Positions 52,198 through 62,376 are shown, numbered from the stretch's first letter. The stretch: DNA of 64,000 bases from Acholeplasmataceae bacterium (GCA_012838945.1 DUOG01000051.1:3845-67844); one strand, 5' to 3'. Numbers and translations are program-made. The notes: generated by a model from the sequence alone, not told the origin.

Positions 52198-52788
52198 GTG
52201 GCAAATAATAGTCGTAAATTTTATCAAGGAAATGCTTTTTTAATAAGTGTTATTGCACTTACAGTTATCTTTTTAGTAATTGTTATTTTTTTAATGTGGA
52301 ATCCATTTAAAATTAGAAGTTATAAAGGAATGAAAGATATTGAAGCAAGAGATATCTTTACTATTGCTCAAGAAAAAGAAATTGATAACTATTATGTATT
52401 CTTTTATAAATCACAATCTAATTGTGTTGCTTGTGCCGAAGCTGAACCGTTTGTGGTTGAATATGCTGAACTAGCTAGATCAAATAAGGATGCTAAACTA
52501 AAACCTATTTTTGTAGTTGATCTTTCTGCTCCTGGAAATAAACGAGTGATTGCTGGTGAAGGCGATACATCAAATTTAAAGAATGTTACTATCTATACTG
52601 ATCTTAAAGTATTATATACTCCAACCTTAATTGAAATCTCCAAAGGGAAAGTAACTAATGCCTGGGAATCAAAAATGACAGTATTGAAAGAACTAAATAA
52701 TCAAATTACTAAGGTAACTAATACTGGTCTTAATCTCTTACCAGCTGAAGTGATTGATTTCAGGAGAAAAGATTATGCTTTCAATTAA
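52198..52788 (+). CDS. Membrane-anchored thioredoxin-like protein
   Basis: GTG start, one TM helix, CVAC motif. It overlaps the downstream ABC ATPase. Confidence 0.45.
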   Translation: MANNSRKFYQGNAFLISVIALTVIFLVIVIFLMWNPFKIRSYKGMKDIEARDIFTIAQEKEIDNYYVFFYKSQSNCVACAEAEPFVVEYAELARSNKDAKLKPIFVVDLSAPGNKRVIAGEGDTSNLKNVTIYTDLKVLYTPTLIEISKGKVTNAWESKMTVLKELNNQITKVTNTGLNLLPAEVIDFRRKDYAFN

Positions 52789-53677
52789 AGGCGTATCTAA
52801 AAGTTTTAAAGAAGTTCAAGCAGTAAATAACATAAGTTTAGATATTGGGCCTGGACGAATCTTTGGCTTATTAGGTGCCAATGGTGCAGGTAAAACTACC
52901 CTATTTCGAATGATTTTAAACATTATTACTCCTGATGAAGGTAGTATTACCTATAATGATAAACCACTTACTATTGAAAACTCTTCATTGATTGGCTATC
53001 TACCAGAAGAAAGAAGTCTTTACCAAAGAGAAAAGGTTGGCAATCAAGTTGTCTATTTAGCCAAGATTAAAGGTCTGACCACAAAAGAGGCAGAAAAAAG
53101 ACTTGACTTTTACTTAGAACGCTTTGGTATTACTGAATATAAAAATCGAAAATTAAGAGAACTTTCTAAAGGTAATCAACAAAAGGTAGCCTTAATTGTT
53201 GCTTTAATCCATGACCCTGAGATTGTAATCCTCGATGAACCTTTTAGTGGCCTTGACCCAGTCAATGCAAAATTATTTAAAGACTGGATCGTTGAGATCG
53301 CAAGAAAAGGAAAAACAATAATCTTCTCAAGTCACCGAATGGATGTCATTGAAGAACTATGTGAAGAAATGGCCCTTTTAAAAAAAGGGAAAATAGTATT
53401 AGGTGGAAGACTAAAGGAAATCAAAGAATCATACCGAAAGAAGAACATCTTTATTCAAGGTGAAAACTTAACTCTTGACCACTTTAATAACATTCCTGGC
53501 ATTAACAAAGTGGAATGTGTAAATGATGAGTTTATTGTTTCTCTTGATGATAAAGAAGTCATTCCGGACCTAATAAAAGCTTTAAATGAAAAAGTAATCA
53601 TCACGAAATTCATTCAAGAAGAACCAACTTTGGATGAAATCTTCATCGAAAAGATGGGTGAAAAATATGAAGGCTAA
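52775..53677 (+). CDS. ABC transporter ATP-binding protein (ABC-2 type)
   Basis: GANGAGKTT, LSKGNQQKV, ILDEPFSGLD. Confidence 0.85.
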   Translation: MLSIKGVSKSFKEVQAVNNISLDIGPGRIFGLLGANGAGKTTLFRMILNIITPDEGSITYNDKPLTIENSSLIGYLPEERSLYQREKVGNQVVYLAKIKGLTTKEAEKRLDFYLERFGITEYKNRKLRELSKGNQQKVALIVALIHDPEIVILDEPFSGLDPVNAKLFKDWIVEIARKGKTIIFSSHRMDVIEELCEEMALLKKGKIVLGGRLKEIKESYRKKNIFIQGENLTLDHFNNIPGINKVECVNDEFIVSLDDKEVIPDLIKALNEKVIITKFIQEEPTLDEIFIEKMGEKYEG

Positions 53678-54923
53678 AGAATTACTGTCGGTTGTACTAT
53701 ATAGCTATAAGAAAAAGGTCCTCAGCAAAGGCTTCATTATTATGCACTTGGCCTTCATTGGTATCTTCTTAATTACGATGGGAATCGGAATCGCAATTGG
53801 TTTTTCCATCGGATCAAGTGGTGTGACCAAGGATTCAATTATTGTTATCATTGATGATAAAGATCATCAAGATTTGTTTAAAACGATGATTAAAGAAAAT
53901 CCTAGTTTTAAAAAGTACGATATAAAAAGCAAGGCTTTTTATGATACTGCAGTTGATGAAGTCAAAAATAAAGATAAACAAGCAATAATTGAAATTATAA
54001 AAGAAGGCAGTGTTCCCACTTATAATATTATAACTAATGACTATTCAAATACTAATCTGATTAATGAAATTAAAGGTGATCTGTTACTATTCAATCAAAA
54101 ACTATTCTTACTTGAGAACGATATTGATGAAGGTGAGTTTTATACACCACAGATTACCCAAGGAATCTTAGATCCAAATGCTCAAACGCAAGGTGAAGTT
54201 CAAATAGCAACCATTGTTTCAATGGCAATCATTATCTTGATATCGATTATTTGTTTCCCAGCCTTGACAGTTGTGTCCAATGATATAATATATGAAAAAT
54301 CGGACCGAACAATAGAACTAATTGTGTCATCAGTATCCACTAAAAACCTCTACATATCAAAAATACTGGTTGGACTCATGATGGTTCTAACGGAAGTATT
54401 AATCATTGTTGTATTTGGATTAATCGGAATTGGCACGATATCTGCCTTTAGTCAATTAGAAACCTTTAGTGCAATATTATCAATTATTAATGTTGCAAGC
54501 CTAATAAGTAATATATTAGTATTTGGATTATATGTATCCCTGATGTTATTACTATACTTAATATTAGTAATTATTGTTTCTAGTTTAACTACTGATATTG
54601 AAACAGCGGGTTATTTATTACTAATTCCGTTATTACCAATGACAATCTTTAGTTACATGGCTCTATCGGTTCCATACAATCCAAGCAATTCACCATTCTC
54701 ATTGATAATGACATACATGCCTTTTTCAAGTGGATTTGCTTTACCAGTAAAAATAATGTATGGCTTAACCAATCCGACTGAACTAGTGATTAGCACAGCG
54801 ATATTATTATTGACGATTGTTGTTATCTATCTAGTTGGTCAAAGAATCTTTTCAAGTAACATTATAAAATATTCATTTAAGAAGAAGAAAAAGTTAAAGG
54901 AAAATAAATCTAATAGCAAATAG
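53667..54923 (+). CDS. ABC-2 family permease
   Basis: An N-terminal TM helix, a large extracytoplasmic loop, and five C-terminal TM helices. The start overlaps the ATPase stop. Confidence 0.6.
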   Translation: MKAKELLSVVLYSYKKKVLSKGFIIMHLAFIGIFLITMGIGIAIGFSIGSSGVTKDSIIVIIDDKDHQDLFKTMIKENPSFKKYDIKSKAFYDTAVDEVKNKDKQAIIEIIKEGSVPTYNIITNDYSNTNLINEIKGDLLLFNQKLFLLENDIDEGEFYTPQITQGILDPNAQTQGEVQIATIVSMAIIILISIICFPALTVVSNDIIYEKSDRTIELIVSSVSTKNLYISKILVGLMMVLTEVLIIVVFGLIGIGTISAFSQLETFSAILSIINVASLISNILVFGLYVSLMLLLYLILVIIVSSLTTDIETAGYLLLIPLLPMTIFSYMALSVPYNPSNSPFSLIMTYMPFSSGFALPVKIMYGLTNPTELVISTAILLLTIVVIYLVGQRIFSSNIIKYSFKKKKKLKENKSNSK

Positions 54924-54925
54924 AA

Positions 54926-54955
54926 AAGACAGATTCAGCTGAATCTGTCTTTTTT
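54926..54955. terminator. Bidirectional terminator AAAGACAGATTCAGCTGAATCTGTCTTT
   Basis: A perfect palindrome flanked by A- and T-runs, placed between convergent genes. Confidence 0.55.
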
Positions 54956-54969
54956 TAAGGTTATTAAAT

Positions 54970-55722
54970 TTAAAGATAGTTATGAACAGCATCTCTTAAT
55001 ATTTGGGCAAGTCCTTCTCCGTGCTGATCATAATAGTTTTTAAAGCGTTCATCTTGAAGATACATATCTACAACATTCAAGTGAATTTGTTTATCATAAG
55101 ATCCCCAAGCAATGGTGATCCATTGTTGATGAAGTTTGGCCACTTCTTTTTTTAACGATTCATTTTGAGGATTTGCTTTTATTTCTTTTAAGTCTTCTAT
55201 TATTCTTTCAGCAAGACCTTGAAAATGATTAAATTCAGCTTCACTTAAATTTTTGAATTGTTGTTTAGACTCTTGATAGGCATTACTTCCCCAACGAGTT
55301 ATTACTTCATCTTTGAAGTCTTCTTCATTTTTTCTAATTAACTCATCCTTTAAACCTTCAAATTTTTCTTTGTCACTCATCATTAACTCTCCTTTTAACG
55401 ATTTGATGGTGTTTTGAACATTTCGAACTAGTGCATCAAGCTTTCTTTGTCTAATATGTAATTCATCTAGATGTTTAACTAAGATTTCAATTCTTTTTTC
55501 TTTATTAAGAGTTTTCATTATTTTTTTAATCTTTTCTAATTCAAAACCCATTTCTTTAAAGAAAAGGATTTGTTGTAGGGTATCAACATCTGATTCATCA
55601 TAATAGCGATAATTAGATTCCGCATCTCTTTTTGGTTTTAACAGTCCAATCTCATCATAATATCGTAAGGTTCGGCTGCTAATTCCAGCCAGACTGGCTA
55701 GTTCTGATGTTTTGTATTTCAT
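54970..55722 (-). CDS. MerR-family regulator with a TipAS-like C-terminal effector domain
   Basis: N-terminal MerR HTH (ELASLAGISSRTLRYYDEIGLL), a coiled-coil linker, and a ~140-aa C-terminal domain. Confidence 0.75.
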   Translation of the reverse strand: MKYKTSELASLAGISSRTLRYYDEIGLLKPKRDAESNYRYYDESDVDTLQQILFFKEMGFELEKIKKIMKTLNKEKRIEILVKHLDELHIRQRKLDALVRNVQNTIKSLKGELMMSDKEKFEGLKDELIRKNEEDFKDEVITRWGSNAYQESKQQFKNLSEAEFNHFQGLAERIIEDLKEIKANPQNESLKKEVAKLHQQWITIAWGSYDKQIHLNVVDMYLQDERFKNYYDQHGEGLAQILRDAVHNYL

Positions 55723-55767
55723 AATTTCACCACCAATAGTAGTATAAACTATTACGGAGCGTTAATG

Positions 55768-56307
55768 TCAAGAATTTTGAGATAAATATTTTTCTCTTTT
55801 TAAAGAGTAATGATCATCTTGAAAGGAATAGTCATCCCAAGACCTAGTTCTGATAGTGCTATCCTTATACTCAAAGCCAAACTTTAAACAAAGGTTTTTT
55901 GATCTTTCGTTATGGCTCATACAACCATAGATAAATTCATTAGCACCAAGTTTATTAAAGGCAAGGTCTAAAAGTAAACTCAAGATTTCTTTTCCAAACC
56001 CAAGTCCTTGACATTTTTGGGCAATGCAAATCCCGGCATCACCATAGACACCTGGTTCAATTTCTTTAATCCCAGCAAACCCAATGGCTTCATCGGTTTC
56101 CTTTTCGGCGACAAAATAGAAGTAGTTGGCCTTTTGGAATTCTATAATGTTTTCTAATCGCATTTGGGCTTCGGCCATCGTATAAATTGGTTTCCACGCC
56201 ATAAACTTAAAGATTTCTTCATCGCTCCAAATGTTGTTTAACATTGGTTCTAAATCTTTGAGTTCAGCTTTTCTTAAAAGGATATTCTTTGATATCAATT
56301 TATCCAT
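55768..56307 (-). CDS. GNAT N-acetyltransferase (RimJ/RimL-like)
   Basis: CQGLGFGKE acetyl-CoA motif. Confidence 0.7.
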   Translation of the reverse strand: MDKLISKNILLRKAELKDLEPMLNNIWSDEEIFKFMAWKPIYTMAEAQMRLENIIEFQKANYFYFVAEKETDEAIGFAGIKEIEPGVYGDAGICIAQKCQGLGFGKEILSLLLDLAFNKLGANEFIYGCMSHNERSKNLCLKFGFEYKDSTIRTRSWDDYSFQDDHYSLKREKYLSQNS

Positions 56308-56681
56308 TTGTTTGGTTCCTTACCATCATTAAATTCAAAGACAAATCTTTCGATATGTAATACAAAATGATCGTCTTTAATATTGGTATTTGGATGATTA
56401 TCTGATTTGGTTATGACAAATTCATCAAAATTGATTTTGTCCTCTTCTCCCCAATTACCAAAGATGACGTATTGAACGGATAAGTAAATGATGTGATTAT
56501 CATCGTTAATCCACGAAGTATCAAAAGGTTTGGTAATATCCGCTCCGATACTTTCTAAAAAATCTTTTAAGTTAGGAAACTTTTCAGCAACATTTTCGGT
56601 ATAGTATTTACAGGCATTACAATCACAAACATCATCATAATTATCATAATAGTGTTTTGTCTTTTTAATATCAACTTTCAT
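56295..56681 (-). CDS. Hypothetical protein
   Basis: An ORF coupled to its neighbours, with a CDC...C cluster at the N-terminus. Confidence 0.3.
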   Translation of the reverse strand: MKVDIKKTKHYYDNYDDVCDCNACKYYTENVAEKFPNLKDFLESIGADITKPFDTSWINDDNHIIYLSVQYVIFGNWGEEDKINFDEFVITKSDNHPNTNIKDDHFVLHIERFVFEFNDGKEPNKWIN

Positions 56682-56685
56682 AATA

Positions 56686-57189
56686 TCACCTTTTATTTAA
56701 TAATAGTTTTAAGACTTCAGCTTCTCTTAAAATAAACTTTTCTTGATAGTTTTTCCCTAGACAGATATTGGTTTTATAAGCTGTATCTAGTTCGGTCCAT
56801 TCTAATTTAAAGCCAAGATCAATTTCATATTGTTCAGGATGGGCATTGCCTTTCTCCTTCTCCACTTCAGCAAAATAATAATATGACTTTTGGTCAAATA
56901 TTTCTCGCGGATAGTGGGATTTTCTAATCTCGTGAATCATTCCCAATTCTTTAATGGAGTCAGGAATAATCTGCAAGCCTGTTTCTTCACTGGTTTCCCG
57001 AATCAAAGTTTCTAGGTGGGATTCACCATTTTTGATGCCGCCACCAGGGAATTTATAATACCCTTCTTTTTCACACTTGACCAAAGCAATTCGGTTATTT
57101 TTTATAATAACAGCACGAACTGCCCGTCTGGTGAAACGACTCCAGTTTTCATCATAATCTTTATCATCAAAAACTGCGATTACTTTCAT
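56686..57189 (-). CDS. NUDIX hydrolase
   Basis: Nudix box GGGIKNGESHLETLIRETSEETG. Confidence 0.8.
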   Translation of the reverse strand: MKVIAVFDDKDYDENWSRFTRRAVRAVIIKNNRIALVKCEKEGYYKFPGGGIKNGESHLETLIRETSEETGLQIIPDSIKELGMIHEIRKSHYPREIFDQKSYYYFAEVEKEKGNAHPEQYEIDLGFKLEWTELDTAYKTNICLGKNYQEKFILREAEVLKLLLNKR

Positions 57190-57266
57190 AATGAATTACC
57201 TCTTTCGTCTTCAATCCATTATAGCACATTATAAAAATAAAAAAAGGCGGCATATAAAATAAAAAA

Positions 57267-57292
57267 GGTTTGACCTAGATCAAACCATTATT
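57267..57292 (-). terminator. Intrinsic terminator for the - strand tRNA transcript
   Basis: On the - strand: GGTTTGA-tctagg-TCAAACC followed by T6. Confidence 0.6.
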
Positions 57293-57298
57293 TTCAGA

Positions 57299-57375
57299 TG
57301 GTGACTCGTACGGGATTCGAACCCGTGTATGCATGCGTGAAAGGCATGTGAGTTAAACCGCTTCTCCAACGAGCC
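57299..57375 (-). tRNA. tRNA-Glu (anticodon UUC), CCA encoded
   Basis: Cloverleaf: acceptor GGCUCGU/ACGAGUC, anticodon loop CUUUCAC, T-arm GGGUUCGAAUCCC. Confidence 0.9.
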
Positions 57376-57378
57376 AGA

Positions 57379-57469
57379 TGGCGGAGCAGGAGAGATTTGA
57401 ACTCTCGCACCAGTTTCCCGGTCTACTCCCTTAGCAGGGGAGCCTCTTCAGCCACTTGAGTACTACTCC
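57379..57469 (-). tRNA. tRNA-Ser (anticodon GCU), type II with a long variable arm, CCA encoded
   Basis: Acceptor GGAGUAG/CUGCUCC, anticodon loop CUGCUAA, T-arm GAGAGUUCAAAUCUCUC. Confidence 0.9.
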
Positions 57470-57501
57470 GTTTTTGTGTCACCTTGGTAACACGCTCTAA
57501 T

Positions 57502-57530
57502 ATAATACACTATTTTTATAAAAAAGTCAA
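57502..57530 (-). promoter_or_regulatory. Promoter TTGACT-17 nt-TATTAT for the tRNA-Ser/tRNA-Glu pair
   Basis: Read on the - strand; the spacing is canonical. Confidence 0.45.
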
Positions 57531-57660
57531 GAAAAGATTATCTATTTTTGTAAAAATAATTATCCTGTTTTTATTATAGATTAAATATTAAAGATAATAC
57601 CTAAAATTTGTATACTTAAAGTATAGAAGGTAAAAATAATAAAAAAGAAAGGAGTAAACT

Positions 57661-57987
57661 ATGGCTAAGATTACTTGTGAAGTTGTTAATTGTGCTTATA
57701 ATAAAAGTAGAAAATGTTTAAAATCGATGATTGATGTTGAAGGTCCATTTGCGAGGTATCGTGATGATACTAGTTGTGAGAGTTTTATTGAAGGAGAATT
57801 ACCTTCCTTCAACTATGAGTTTGCTGAAAGCGAGGGCAGTGGACTAAGAGATACGGAAGTTGCTTGCAATGTTGCAAGTTGTGTCTTTATGGAAAGAGGA
57901 AAATGTATCGCTGAGAAAATTAAAATTATTGGTCGTAATGCAAAAGAATCACATGAAACCGATTGTGAGACATTTCATTGTCGATAA
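57661..57987 (+). CDS. Small Cys-rich protein with two DUF1540-like repeats
   Basis: CEVVNCAYNKSRKC...C and CNVASCVFMERGKC...C repeats. Confidence 0.5.
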   Translation: MAKITCEVVNCAYNKSRKCLKSMIDVEGPFARYRDDTSCESFIEGELPSFNYEFAESEGSGLRDTEVACNVASCVFMERGKCIAEKIKIIGRNAKESHETDCETFHCR

Positions 57988-58171
57988 ATTTAAGTGGTTC
58001 TGTAAAAAGTTTTTTTGTGCTTTTTATGGGGCCATTTTTTAACACTTAACTTGCTTTTTAGTACAATTTTATGTAAAATACATATATACTATTGATAGGA
58101 GTATTTTTCAACAAAGACAGACAAATTTTTTCACTTTTAATTATCTATTTTTGAAGTCGGGAGGTAGCAAA

Positions 58172-59437
58172 ATGGCCAAGAAAATTATTGAATTACGCAA
58201 TATTACCAAGCAATTTGATGATGAAGTTGCTGTTAATAATATTAATTTATACATCAATGAGAACGAATTTATTACATTATTAGGACCATCTGGTTGTGGA
58301 AAAACAACAACCCTTAGGATGATTGGCGGTTTTGAAAGGCCTGACTCAGGGGAAATAATCATGGATGGACAAGTAGTCAATGACTTACCAGCTCATGAAA
58401 GACCCATCAATACGGTATTTCAGCGATATGCTTTATTTCCTCATTTAGATGTTTATGATAATGTGGCGTTTGGACTATATAACAAAACCCACGAAGATTT
58501 AATTAGAGTCTTTGGTGAAGAAAAAGTACATGAAGTAATTATTAAGAATCGATTATCGAAATTAGAAAAGCGTAAGGCCAAAGCAGAAAAGAAATATAAG
58601 AAATTAGAGATTAGTAAGCTTGAAGCTGAAAAAGCTAAAGATGAAAATGAATATCGTGAATATATGGATCGACCTTATAGTTTGTCAGAATACAAAAAGG
58701 CTTTTAAAACTCTAATTGATATTAGAGTTAAGGATTCCTTAAGACTGGTTAAACTAGAAGGATTTGAGAGTCGTAAAGTTACTTATTTAAGTGGCGGTCA
58801 ACAGCAACGAATTGCGATTGCAAGAGCAATCATTAATAAACCACGTATCTTATTGCTTGATGAACCATTAGCTGCTCTTGACTTAAAACTACGTCAAAAC
58901 ATGCAATATGAATTGAAAGAAATGCAACGACAACTTGGTATCACCTTTATCTATGTTACCCATGACCAAGAAGAAGCCTTAACTATGAGTGATACCGTAG
59001 TCGTAATGAATCAGGGGGTTATTCAACAAATTGGTACTCCTGAAGATATCTACAATGAGCCAAAGAATTCCTTTGTGGCTAATTTCATTGGCGAAAGCAA
59101 CATTATTCCAGCCATTTATAAAGGTAATAAAGTGGTGGAATTTATGGATGCTGAGTTTGACTGTGTCGATGAAAACTTCGTAGCAGGCGAACCATGCAAT
59201 GTTGTTATTCGTCCAGAAGACTTTGATGTCGTGCCACTAGAAAAGGCAAAGATTGTTGGGATTGTGGATTCCTCTGTCTTTAAAGGGGTTCATTATGAAC
59301 TATGTGTTTTAGTTAATGGTAAAGAATTAGTATTGCATACTTATGAAACGGCTCCAATTGGTTCTAAAATAGGATTAAGTGTTGATCCTTATGAAATACA
59401 TTGTATGAAGGTAGATAGCCATGAAGAAGTTTGGTAA
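58172..59437 (+). CDS. potA: Spermidine/putrescine ABC transporter ATP-binding protein PotA, with a ~75-aa Lys/Glu-rich insertion
   Basis: GPSGCGKTT, LSGGQQQR, LLDEPL, and a C-terminal TOBE domain. The insertion between the Q-loop and the signature motif runs THEDLIRV...IDIRVKD. Confidence 0.85.
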   Translation: MAKKIIELRNITKQFDDEVAVNNINLYINENEFITLLGPSGCGKTTTLRMIGGFERPDSGEIIMDGQVVNDLPAHERPINTVFQRYALFPHLDVYDNVAFGLYNKTHEDLIRVFGEEKVHEVIIKNRLSKLEKRKAKAEKKYKKLEISKLEAEKAKDENEYREYMDRPYSLSEYKKAFKTLIDIRVKDSLRLVKLEGFESRKVTYLSGGQQQRIAIARAIINKPRILLLDEPLAALDLKLRQNMQYELKEMQRQLGITFIYVTHDQEEALTMSDTVVVMNQGVIQQIGTPEDIYNEPKNSFVANFIGESNIIPAIYKGNKVVEFMDAEFDCVDENFVAGEPCNVVIRPEDFDVVPLEKAKIVGIVDSSVFKGVHYELCVLVNGKELVLHTYETAPIGSKIGLSVDPYEIHCMKVDSHEEVW

Positions 59438-60239
59438 GTTTGCGATACCATACCTCGTATGGATGGGAATCTTAGTTGTCATTCCCCTCGCCATAATGGT
59501 AGGGCTAGCATTTCTAAAAACAGATGGTGTAAGCTTAAAAGGAGCCCAATTTACTTTTGAAAACTTTAGTCGTTTATTCGACCATGCAATCATAGTCGGA
59601 TTATCAAATTCATTAAAGTTTTCTATTATAACAACCATCGCTTGTTTATTATTAGGATATCCAGTTGCGTATATTATTTCCAAAGCAAATATAAAAAACC
59701 GTTTTTTGGTAATGGCAATATTGATATTACCAATGTGGTCTAATATGTTACTTAGAACCACCGCTTTAAGAAATATCTTTTCGCCCAATAATATAATCAC
59801 TGATCTTTTAGGAATTGAAGGAATTAATATTATTGGAACCGAACTAGCGGTTATTTTGGGAATGATCTCTACGTATCTACCATTTATGATCTTACCTATT
59901 TATACCGTCTTAGAAAAAATCGAGCCTTCATTACTGGAAGCAAGTAATGACTTAGGTGCCAATAACTTTCGGACCTTTTGGAAAGTTGTCTTTCCAATAT
60001 CCTTAAAAGGAGTGGCTTCCGGGGTTATTTTAGTCTTACTGCCAAGTGCTACAGGCTTTGCGATACCTAGGATTTTAGGTGAAGGTAACTATGTATTAAT
60101 CGGATCAATTATTGAAAATAGCTTTGACAATATGAACTATAATTTTGGATCTTTATTATCATTAATTATTATCATTATTATTATGGGCGCGCTCCTCATT
60201 ATATCTAAGATTGACAAGGAAGGAGAAACGCTCCTATGA
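59421..60239 (+). CDS. potB: Spermidine/putrescine ABC permease PotB
   Basis: Six TM helices; EAA-like loop (EASNDLGAN). Confidence 0.8.
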   Translation: MKKFGKFAIPYLVWMGILVVIPLAIMVGLAFLKTDGVSLKGAQFTFENFSRLFDHAIIVGLSNSLKFSIITTIACLLLGYPVAYIISKANIKNRFLVMAILILPMWSNMLLRTTALRNIFSPNNIITDLLGIEGINIIGTELAVILGMISTYLPFMILPIYTVLEKIEPSLLEASNDLGANNFRTFWKVVFPISLKGVASGVILVLLPSATGFAIPRILGEGNYVLIGSIIENSFDNMNYNFGSLLSLIIIIIIMGALLIISKIDKEGETLL

Positions 60240-61135
60240 GTAAATTACGTAGCATATTAAAGATCCAAGAAAAAACAAAAAAGGTACTAGCAACAATTGT
60301 TAAGGCTATAATAGTATTAGTTGTGTTCTTAGTCCTTTACATTCCAATATTTGTGATTGGTTTGCAATCATTAAATGATTCCAAAACAGTCTATAATTTT
60401 GGGGGATTAACCTTAAGGTGGTATATCGCACTATTTAATAAAGGTAGTCCTGATTATGCCCCACACTTGATTCAGATAATAAGTAACACGTTAATCGTGA
60501 CGGTGATTGCGACTATCGTGTCAACTGTATTAGGAACTTTCATTGCGATTGGAATTAATTCATATACAACAAAGAAACGTCAAAAAATCATTATGTTAAA
60601 TAATATTCCAATCTTAAATGCTGATGTTGTAACTGGTATGAGTTTAATGTTAATATTTTCAACTCTCTTACCAATATTCCCAAATATTTTTGGTTTTCAA
60701 ACAATGGTAATTGCCCACATCTTTTTTTGTCTTCCTTATGTCATTTTGAGTGTTTTACCGAAACTAAAGGAAATAGACTCCAATTTGTTTGATGCGGCGG
60801 TTGATTTAGGCTGCTCACCATTTAGAGCCCTGATAAAAGTTATCATTCCGTCAGTCAAATCTGGGATTTTATCAGGAATGTTACTAGCTTTTACAATGAG
60901 TATTGATGATTTTGTTATCAGTTTCTTTACAGCTGGTAGTTTCAATAACATTTCGATTTGGGTTTATTCATCTTATAGAAAAACCCTATCGCCGGCAGTA
61001 TATGCCTATAATACTTTAATCACTATCGGTACTTTAGTTGTATTACTAGCTATTAACTTCCGTAGTTATGCTAAAGATAAAAAGATAAAAAAATTTAATT
61101 TAAGGAGTGTAAGTTATGCGAAAAAAGATTTTTAG
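60236..61135 (+). CDS. potC: Spermidine/putrescine ABC permease PotC
   Basis: Six TM helices; DAAVDLGCSPF loop. Confidence 0.8.
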   Translation: MSKLRSILKIQEKTKKVLATIVKAIIVLVVFLVLYIPIFVIGLQSLNDSKTVYNFGGLTLRWYIALFNKGSPDYAPHLIQIISNTLIVTVIATIVSTVLGTFIAIGINSYTTKKRQKIIMLNNIPILNADVVTGMSLMLIFSTLLPIFPNIFGFQTMVIAHIFFCLPYVILSVLPKLKEIDSNLFDAAVDLGCSPFRALIKVIIPSVKSGILSGMLLAFTMSIDDFVISFFTAGSFNNISIWVYSSYRKTLSPAVYAYNTLITIGTLVVLLAINFRSYAKDKKIKKFNLRSVSYAKKDF

Positions 61136-62222
61136 TTTCGTTTTACTTTTAGGTTTGGGTTTAATATTTTCAGCATGTTCCCGCAAACCAACCCTTTATA
61201 TCCTCAACTGGGGAGACTACATTGATGAGAGTTTGTTTGCTGAGTTTGAAAAGGAATTTGACTGTAAAGTAGATATCGCTTATGCGGATTCAAATGAAAG
61301 AATGTACGCAAAAATAAAATCACGACAAGTAGCATTTGACATTGTAATACCTTCTGATTATATGGTAGAAAAACTATATAAAGAAGGACTATTAAATGAA
61401 ATTGATTTTAGCAAACTTGAAAATTTCCATGAAGGTATCTTCTTTGATGATTTAGAAGAATATCGTGATGGATATTTTGAAAATAACCAAAAATATGCGA
61501 TCCCTTATTTTTGGGGAACATTAGGTATAATGTACCGCACCAATGATAGCCAATTAGAAACGGCTATTAAAACACATGGATGGAGTATCTTCTTTAATCC
61601 ATCATTACTTCCAGCAGGCAAAAAGATTGGAATGTATGACAATCCACGTGATGCGGTTGCTGTGGCAGAATTATATTTAGGCAAAAGTTTAAACACAACC
61701 AATGCTGCTGATTTACAAGAAGTTGAAAACACTCTTAAAGCTCAAAAGCAAGCCTTCTCTTCCCTAATGTGGGGAACAGATAACTTAAGAACTGAAATTT
61801 CTGCAGGAAACTTGGATGTGGCCGTTGTTTATTCTGGTGACTTCTTTGATCAATATTATATTGCTGATGAAGAAGGATTACCAAAGAACTTCAATCTATT
61901 TGTGCCTAACTATACAAACATCTGGTTTGATGCTATGGTTATACCAACCACATCAAAACAAACAGATCTAGCACATAAGTTTATTGACTATTTCTTAAGA
62001 ACAGATGTTGCTACCCAAAATGCTGATACTGTAGGTTATTGTCCAACTCATGTAGCCGCATATAATGCACTACTTGAAGATGAAACATGGGCAGAACTAA
62101 GTGCAAATTATCCATTCTATCCTATTCCTGATTCAGAAAACTTCCATGGTGAGATTTATAAAGATTTAGGAAATGACATTTATAATCGTTTTGCGAGTAT
62201 CTTGGATAATGCAAAAGCATAA
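61116..62222 (+). CDS. potD: Spermidine/putrescine-binding lipoprotein PotD
   Basis: Lipobox IFSACS; type-2 periplasmic binding fold. Confidence 0.8.
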   Translation: MRKKIFSFVLLLGLGLIFSACSRKPTLYILNWGDYIDESLFAEFEKEFDCKVDIAYADSNERMYAKIKSRQVAFDIVIPSDYMVEKLYKEGLLNEIDFSKLENFHEGIFFDDLEEYRDGYFENNQKYAIPYFWGTLGIMYRTNDSQLETAIKTHGWSIFFNPSLLPAGKKIGMYDNPRDAVAVAELYLGKSLNTTNAADLQEVENTLKAQKQAFSSLMWGTDNLRTEISAGNLDVAVVYSGDFFDQYYIADEEGLPKNFNLFVPNYTNIWFDAMVIPTTSKQTDLAHKFIDYFLRTDVATQNADTVGYCPTHVAAYNALLEDETWAELSANYPFYPIPDSENFHGEIYKDLGNDIYNRFASILDNAKA

Positions 62223-62256
62223 TTAAATTTACCAAAATAATGTAATTAAATATACT

Positions 62257-62285
62257 TGCCTTTTTATTTAGAATTTGATATAATA
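62257..62285 (+). promoter_or_regulatory. Promoter TTGCCT-17 nt-TGaTATAAT for tRNA-Trp/tRNA-His
   Basis: Extended -10; it is flanked by the inverted repeat ATACTTGCCTT/AAGGCAAGTAT. Confidence 0.5.
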
Positions 62286-62301
62286 GTAAGGCAAGTATGT
62301 A

Positions 62302-62375
62302 AGGGGTATAGTTCAATGGTAGAACAGCGGTCTCCAAAACCGTCGATGTGAGTTCGACTCTTACTACCCCTGCCA
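62302..62375 (+). tRNA. tRNA-Trp (anticodon CCA)
   Basis: Acceptor AGGGGUA/UACCCCU, anticodon loop CUCCAAA, CCA encoded. Confidence 0.9.
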
Positions 62376-62376
62376 T

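Noticed and set aside
57860-58042. A 60-aa ORF overlapping the 3' end of the DUF1540 gene
   Set aside because: It is an alternative frame of the Cys-rich gene plus AT-rich intergenic sequence, with no RBS.
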